From a virus: a DNA stretch of 64,000 nucleotides. Shown piece after piece: positions 59,519 through 64,000 of this stretch; position 1 is the stretch's first letter, and each line of letters begins with the position of its first letter. Under the pieces are notes generated by a model that saw only the letters and a program-made list of their open reading frames with translations, did no database searches and was not told where the DNA came from. The stretch is taken from the IMG/VR virus record IMGVR_UViG_3300021963_000074, positions 1 to 64,000 of that record. One strand, given 5' to 3'. The position numbers and the translations under genes are program-made.

Positions 59519-60665
59519 GAACAATCATATTGTCATTTGTCCTACCATTAGGGGTAGTACCCACAGCCTTCACTTCGTCAAAGAACTTTCTACCCGCGGG
59601 CTTACCTAACTTCATAAATTCTTTTAGCTGGTCTCCGGGTTTCCGCAAAGTCTTAGATTGGCTCTTGTTGATGTCGATACCTAGAATTGCAGTTCCCTTG
59701 ACAGTAAATGACTTACTATACTCATCCGCAACTAGATAAACTAGTTTACGCTTTACTGTATCATACAGATAACATTCACTAGAGCCATGAAGTTTAGTTG
59801 GATGCACACTAATCAAATCCAATTTATTGATTGGATCCTTGAATTCTTTCAAGTACTTCAATTTAGCTACAATCTTCTCAATAGGTACCGCTTTCTTTTT
59901 ACGTGGTGCTTTGCTGGCTTTCTTAATTGAGATATAGCTATTAAGGTCACTCAACACCTGCTCAATAAATTTAAGTGTATTACGCAATTTAACTTTGCCC
60001 AAATAATTATAGGCTTCTGCCAATTGCTCATCCTCACCCTGAGAAACCATATCAAATTCTTGTTGTTTACGTTTCCAGATTTCAACAATCAATGGGATAT
60101 GCTGGGGCATGACATTAAACTTAGCAACAATGTCAACTGTTTTTTGTGTGACTTTCTGGTCAGTGATCCATTCATCAAAAATAGATTCTAGTTCACCTGC
60201 GGCTTCTAGTGCTTTTTCACGCATAATCTCTTGCACATTAGGACGATTGCTAGGTTCTTTTTCTTTTTCAACCACTTCGGGTTTGTTGACCAATTTGTAC
60301 AAACGGCTTATCTCATTTTCAAGGGTAGTTGATTCATGTTCATTAAGTTCCAGTCCACGCAATGTCATGCGGGCTAGCCAGCACAATGTCATCAAAAACT
60401 CAGATTCGTGAACCTTACGCAAATGTTTGGCTTCAACAATGCGATTATGATATTCTAAGTATGAACAAAGCAACTCTTTGGCATCTTTTTTACCATAAAA
60501 ACGATTGTACCATGTAAAACTTTGTGTCAATGCCAAAGTTCTACGATCACTATCGGGTTGCAATGGGAAGAAGGGTTCTTCACCCATATATTTTGTGTCA
60601 GCATCACGTGGATTTAGTGCTTTGACAAAGTGGTCAGAAGTTGGTTTGGGTTTACGTGTCGCCAT
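59505..60665 (-). CDS. Hypothetical protein (early/middle)
   Basis: 386 aa; SD AGGAG; consensus sigma70 promoter upstream. Confidence 0.65.
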   Translation of the reverse strand: MATRKPKPTSDHFVKALNPRDADTKYMGEEPFFPLQPDSDRRTLALTQSFTWYNRFYGKKDAKELLCSYLEYHNRIVEAKHLRKVHESEFLMTLCWLARMTLRGLELNEHESTTLENEISRLYKLVNKPEVVEKEKEPSNRPNVQEIMREKALEAAGELESIFDEWITDQKVTQKTVDIVAKFNVMPQHIPLIVEIWKRKQQEFDMVSQGEDEQLAEAYNYLGKVKLRNTLKFIEQVLSDLNSYISIKKASKAPRKKKAVPIEKIVAKLKYLKEFKDPINKLDLISVHPTKLHGSSECYLYDTVKRKLVYLVADEYSKSFTVKGTAILGIDINKSQSKTLRKPGDQLKEFMKLGKPAGRKFFDEVKAVGTTPNGRTNDNMIVLKAW

Positions 60666-60689
60666 GTGTTCTCCTATTACGATTCATGT

Positions 60690-60718
60690 ATTATATATGA
60701 TATTCCATTATTTGTCAA
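60690..60718 (-). promoter_or_regulatory. Consensus sigma70 promoter
   Basis: TTGACA-N17-TATAAT. Confidence 0.85.
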
Positions 60719-60740
60719 GTTCTATAGGTAATACTTTAGA

Positions 60741-60749
60741 CATAAATAC
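60741..60749 (+). promoter_or_regulatory. T4-type late promoter
   Basis: CATAAATAC upstream of the gp14-like gene. Confidence 0.7.
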
Positions 60750-60768
60750 TAAGTAAACGGATAACAAC

Positions 60769-62700
60769 ATGCCTAGACTCTCATTATATCGTCCACAGAA
60801 ATCAAATGATTATAGATTCCTTGATAGAACAATCAAGGAGATGTTTGTCGTGGGAGGAACGGATTTATATGTTCACAAGTATTTAGGCATACCAGATACC
60901 GGGGCTAGTGCTGATTTGACACAACCTCAATACGATACTCTGGACCCGACTAACATACAGGATTTACTATTCTTAGAAAATCGTGATAGAAAGTATGATA
61001 CTAGCATTTATAGAATTCGTGGTCACTATAATGTAATGAATTTAGACTTTGACCTAAGTCAGTTTGGATTGTTTCTAAACAATGATATCATTTTTATAAC
61101 TATACATTATAATGATATGATAGAACTAATAGGTCGTAAATTAATGGTAGGTGACGTATTAGAGTTGCCTCACTTGACTGACTATCATCCACTCAATGAA
61201 ACTATACCAGTAGGGTTGCGTAGATATTATCAAGTTACTGATGGTAACTTTGCTAGTGAAGGTTTTAGTCAAACATGGTACCCACACTTGTGGCGTGTGA
61301 AATGTGAACCATTAGTTGATAGTCAAGAATTTAGCAACATATTAAGTCAGCCGTTAGAAAAAGATAACTTCTTAGGTGATTGGGATCCTACTAAAACATA
61401 TATCATTCCTGCAGGACAAACATATACAATTCAATATGGTGACAAGACTTATACAATCACCGGGGCAAGTCCAGGTGGCACCACAGTACCTGCAGGGGTC
61501 GCCCCAACGGATCCGTTATATTGGCAGCTTAGTACTGCTGATAATCTACGTGATATTATAGGTAGATACAATAAGAACATTGAAATCAATGATGCAGTGA
61601 TTGCAGAAGCAAGTAGATTATTACCTAAGACAGGTTACGATAGAAGTCAATTGTATCTTGTACCTACATTAGATGGTGAACCGGAACCTCCAGTCAATAT
61701 TATTGCACCAACTGGAAATCCTGTACCAACTAGAGCTACTGTATTCTTAATGTCAAATCCTATGTACAAGAATCCAAGTCCAGTGCTTAGAATAGGTGCT
61801 GAGGCTCGTAAAAAATTATGGAGTTTAACCGGCAACGATGCTGATAAATTACGTGAACAACTTGCAATCACTCTAAAGACTGCAAAATTAGCGCCACAAC
61901 GTACTGACACCGGTAGTGGTCAGGTAGATGGTACATTAGTGTTGTTGGCTAAAGCTACTGGACCTGTCTCTGCTCCATATGGTACAGCAGATAATACATA
62001 TAGTACCGCAGACAACTTCCCGACATTCACTCTTACGTCACTAGCAGTACCAATTGGAAGTACCGTTATTAGTGTGCAACCTTTAAATGTTACTCAAGAC
62101 ATTGCACCATTGAACAATCTATCAGCGTTTATTTCATCAGTAAATGGTACAAGAACAGATATATTTGACTATGGTACACGAATTGTTAGTGTGGATAGAG
62201 TAAACAACACATTTGTTGTAGATATTCCTACAGTAGCCTTTATGCCAGCTGGTACTGAGATTACAATTGAACCTAATTTCCCATATACAATTAGTCAACA
62301 AATGGATTTCCGTGCTGACTGTGATCCTAGATTTGTATATGTAACCCGATCAAGCCCACAAGGATTTGGTTATACAGATGGTTACATGATCGGGGACGGG
62401 ACAGCACCTAATGGATTCCCAGTTGGATCAGGTATAACTTTCCCTGTACAACCCGCAGTAGGAGATTACTTCTTACGTACAGATTATCTACCTAACTTAT
62501 TATATCGTTGGGACGGTTCACTATGGATTAGAATTGGTCAGAGTTCACGTGCAGGAGTAGCATTTGATTCTACTGTACCAGGACAACAATCACAATTGTC
62601 ATCTTTCATCAACAATACACAAACATTAACATTAACAGATGGTACAGTAGTACCACAACAGCAACCATTGTCAACACTATTGACGATACAACCAGATTAA
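60769..62700 (+). CDS. Neck/head-closure protein (gp14-like) with long C-terminal extension
   Basis: DLSQFGL, GDVLELP, WYPHLWRVKC N-terminal region; followed by a gp15-like gene. Confidence 0.6.
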   Translation: MPRLSLYRPQKSNDYRFLDRTIKEMFVVGGTDLYVHKYLGIPDTGASADLTQPQYDTLDPTNIQDLLFLENRDRKYDTSIYRIRGHYNVMNLDFDLSQFGLFLNNDIIFITIHYNDMIELIGRKLMVGDVLELPHLTDYHPLNETIPVGLRRYYQVTDGNFASEGFSQTWYPHLWRVKCEPLVDSQEFSNILSQPLEKDNFLGDWDPTKTYIIPAGQTYTIQYGDKTYTITGASPGGTTVPAGVAPTDPLYWQLSTADNLRDIIGRYNKNIEINDAVIAEASRLLPKTGYDRSQLYLVPTLDGEPEPPVNIIAPTGNPVPTRATVFLMSNPMYKNPSPVLRIGAEARKKLWSLTGNDADKLREQLAITLKTAKLAPQRTDTGSGQVDGTLVLLAKATGPVSAPYGTADNTYSTADNFPTFTLTSLAVPIGSTVISVQPLNVTQDIAPLNNLSAFISSVNGTRTDIFDYGTRIVSVDRVNNTFVVDIPTVAFMPAGTEITIEPNFPYTISQQMDFRADCDPRFVYVTRSSPQGFGYTDGYMIGDGTAPNGFPVGSGITFPVQPAVGDYFLRTDYLPNLLYRWDGSLWIRIGQSSRAGVAFDSTVPGQQSQLSSFINNTQTLTLTDGTVVPQQQPLSTLLTIQPD

Positions 62701-62708
62701 GGTTTATA

Positions 62709-64000
62709 ATGGCACAGTTTTTTTACGACAATCAAATAAGAAGATTCTTAATTCAGTTTGCAAGAATTTTCAGCAATTGGCAAGTAACTAAAGGCAAAGA
62801 CCCTGCAGGTAATGACATACTTATACGTGTCCCTATTCAGTATGGTGATTCAAGTCGTATGGCTAGTACGCAAATTGCACAGAATAGTCCTAGCAGTTTA
62901 CCTAGCGCGCCTTTGATTACGTATTACATTAGTGGATTAGAATATGATCAGAAAAGAACACAGGATCCTTATTTTATTGATAAGGTAAGTGTTCGTCAAC
63001 GTCAGTATAATACAGAGACTCAAAGTTATCAAACAACACAAGGGCAAGCATTTACAGTAGAACGTGTAATGCCAGTTCCTTATACATTACGAATAACAGT
63101 AGATTTTTGGACAACTAACTATTTGCAAAAATTAGAATTGATAGAACAACTAGGTGTATTATTCAATCCTAGTATGGAACTACAAAGCACAGATAACTTT
63201 ATTGATTGGACCAGTTTAAGTGTTGTATATCAAGATGGATTGACATTCAGTAGTAGAACAATACCACAAGGTACTGGCAACCCTATTGATGTGTTGACTT
63301 GGAAGTTTTATATGCCAATCTGGATTAGCAGTCCTGCTAAGATTAAGAAACTTGGTGTTATTCATAAAATTATTGCTAGTATATTTAAGGGCAATGCTCT
63401 TACAGATATGCAAGATGATGATATGTTATTGGGAACTAGACAAAAGATTACCCCCTATGGTTATAAAATATTGTTCATAGGTAACACATTACAAATATTA
63501 CCTAGCAACGAGGCTTTTTATCCAAGAAATACAGACTTAGATTTACCAACTAACCCTGATACAACCGTGTATTGGCAAAGCGTATTGAATGTATATGGCA
63601 CTGTACGCCCCGGTATCAGTCAGATTTGGTTACAGAATCCATATATGGATACCGAGATTGTAGGTACAATTGCGTTTAATCCAACTGATGATAGATTATT
63701 AATATATGACATTGACGTTGACACATTGCCAGAAAATACTTTGCAGGCTGTAGATAGTGTTGTCAACCCGTTACTAAAAGGTCCAGGTCATGGATTGCCA
63801 GAGGCTGAATCAGGTCAGCGTTATCTTATTGTAGAGGCTATTGGCAGTGAATTGAATACTGATCCATCTATTGCATGGGGTAATGTAGTTGCTAATGCTA
63901 ATGACATTATTGAATTTGATGGTCTTGATTGGGTAGTAAGTTTTGATAGTGTTAACACATTGAATCTTGAATATGTTACTAACCTAACGACTGAAGTTCA
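62709..64000 (+). CDS. gp15: Tail terminator / sheath stabiliser (gp15-like), runs off the window
   Basis: Manually read MAQFFYDNQIRRFLIQFARIFSNW...RVPIQYGD...PVPYTL...LIEQLGVLFNP. Confidence 0.75.
   Translation, partial: MAQFFYDNQIRRFLIQFARIFSNWQVTKGKDPAGNDILIRVPIQYGDSSRMASTQIAQNSPSSLPSAPLITYYISGLEYDQKRTQDPYFIDKVSVRQRQYNTETQSYQTTQGQAFTVERVMPVPYTLRITVDFWTTNYLQKLELIEQLGVLFNPSMELQSTDNFIDWTSLSVVYQDGLTFSSRTIPQGTGNPIDVLTWKFYMPIWISSPAKIKKLGVIHKIIASIFKGNALTDMQDDDMLLGTRQKITPYGYKILFIGNTLQILPSNEAFYPRNTDLDLPTNPDTTVYWQSVLNVYGTVRPGISQIWLQNPYMDTEIVGTIAFNPTDDRLLIYDIDVDTLPENTLQAVDSVVNPLLKGPGHGLPEAESGQRYLIVEAIGSELNTDPSIAWGNVVANANDIIEFDGLDWVVSFDSVNTLNLEYVTNLTTEV

Noticed and set aside
99-63413. Numerous short opposite-strand or alternate-frame ORFs in the track (e.g. 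808..1104, 6673..7185, 29290..29805, 44031..44558)
   Set aside because: Shadows of long genes with recognisable products; no SD or motifs of their own.
1-64000. Alternative genetic code, tRNA genes, DGR or integrase
   Set aside because: Genes are intact in the standard code with all three stops used; I saw no tRNA cloverleaf, reverse transcriptase or recombinase by eye (tRNAscan-SE not run).

Overview
AT-rich segment of a large T4-like (myovirus) dsDNA phage genome, mostly encoded on the minus strand. It carries replication genes (family-B DNA polymerase, sliding clamp, clamp loader, dNMP kinase) and tail/neck/head-completion genes (gp18, gp19, gp13/14/15-like, gp4-like, probable small terminase, long fibres). 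It also has chaperones (ClpA, DnaJ, GroES-like), auxiliary genes (PhoH, Dps, pirin, MazG), two homing endonucleases, sigma70-type promoters and T4-type late (ATAAATA) promoters. The most striking region is about 4.2-15.9 kb. Eight genes there begin with a T4 capsid-targeting-sequence-like leader (M-R/K-x-x-(E/D/S)-hydrophobic...-E). Two of them are polyproteins whose unrelated domains (ParB-like, ADP-ribosyltransferase-like, membrane and small unknown modules) are delimited by seven exact in-frame copies of a 13-bp repeat, AAGGTGTGGCGGA. The repeat encodes (Q/E/K)-G-V-A-E, a prohead-protease-type cleavage site, with invariant GC-rich codons. I infer a cassette-shuffling system for virion-packaged effectors in which one short sequence is both a DNA junction and a protein processing site. 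All family calls come from motif recognition by eye; no database searches were run.
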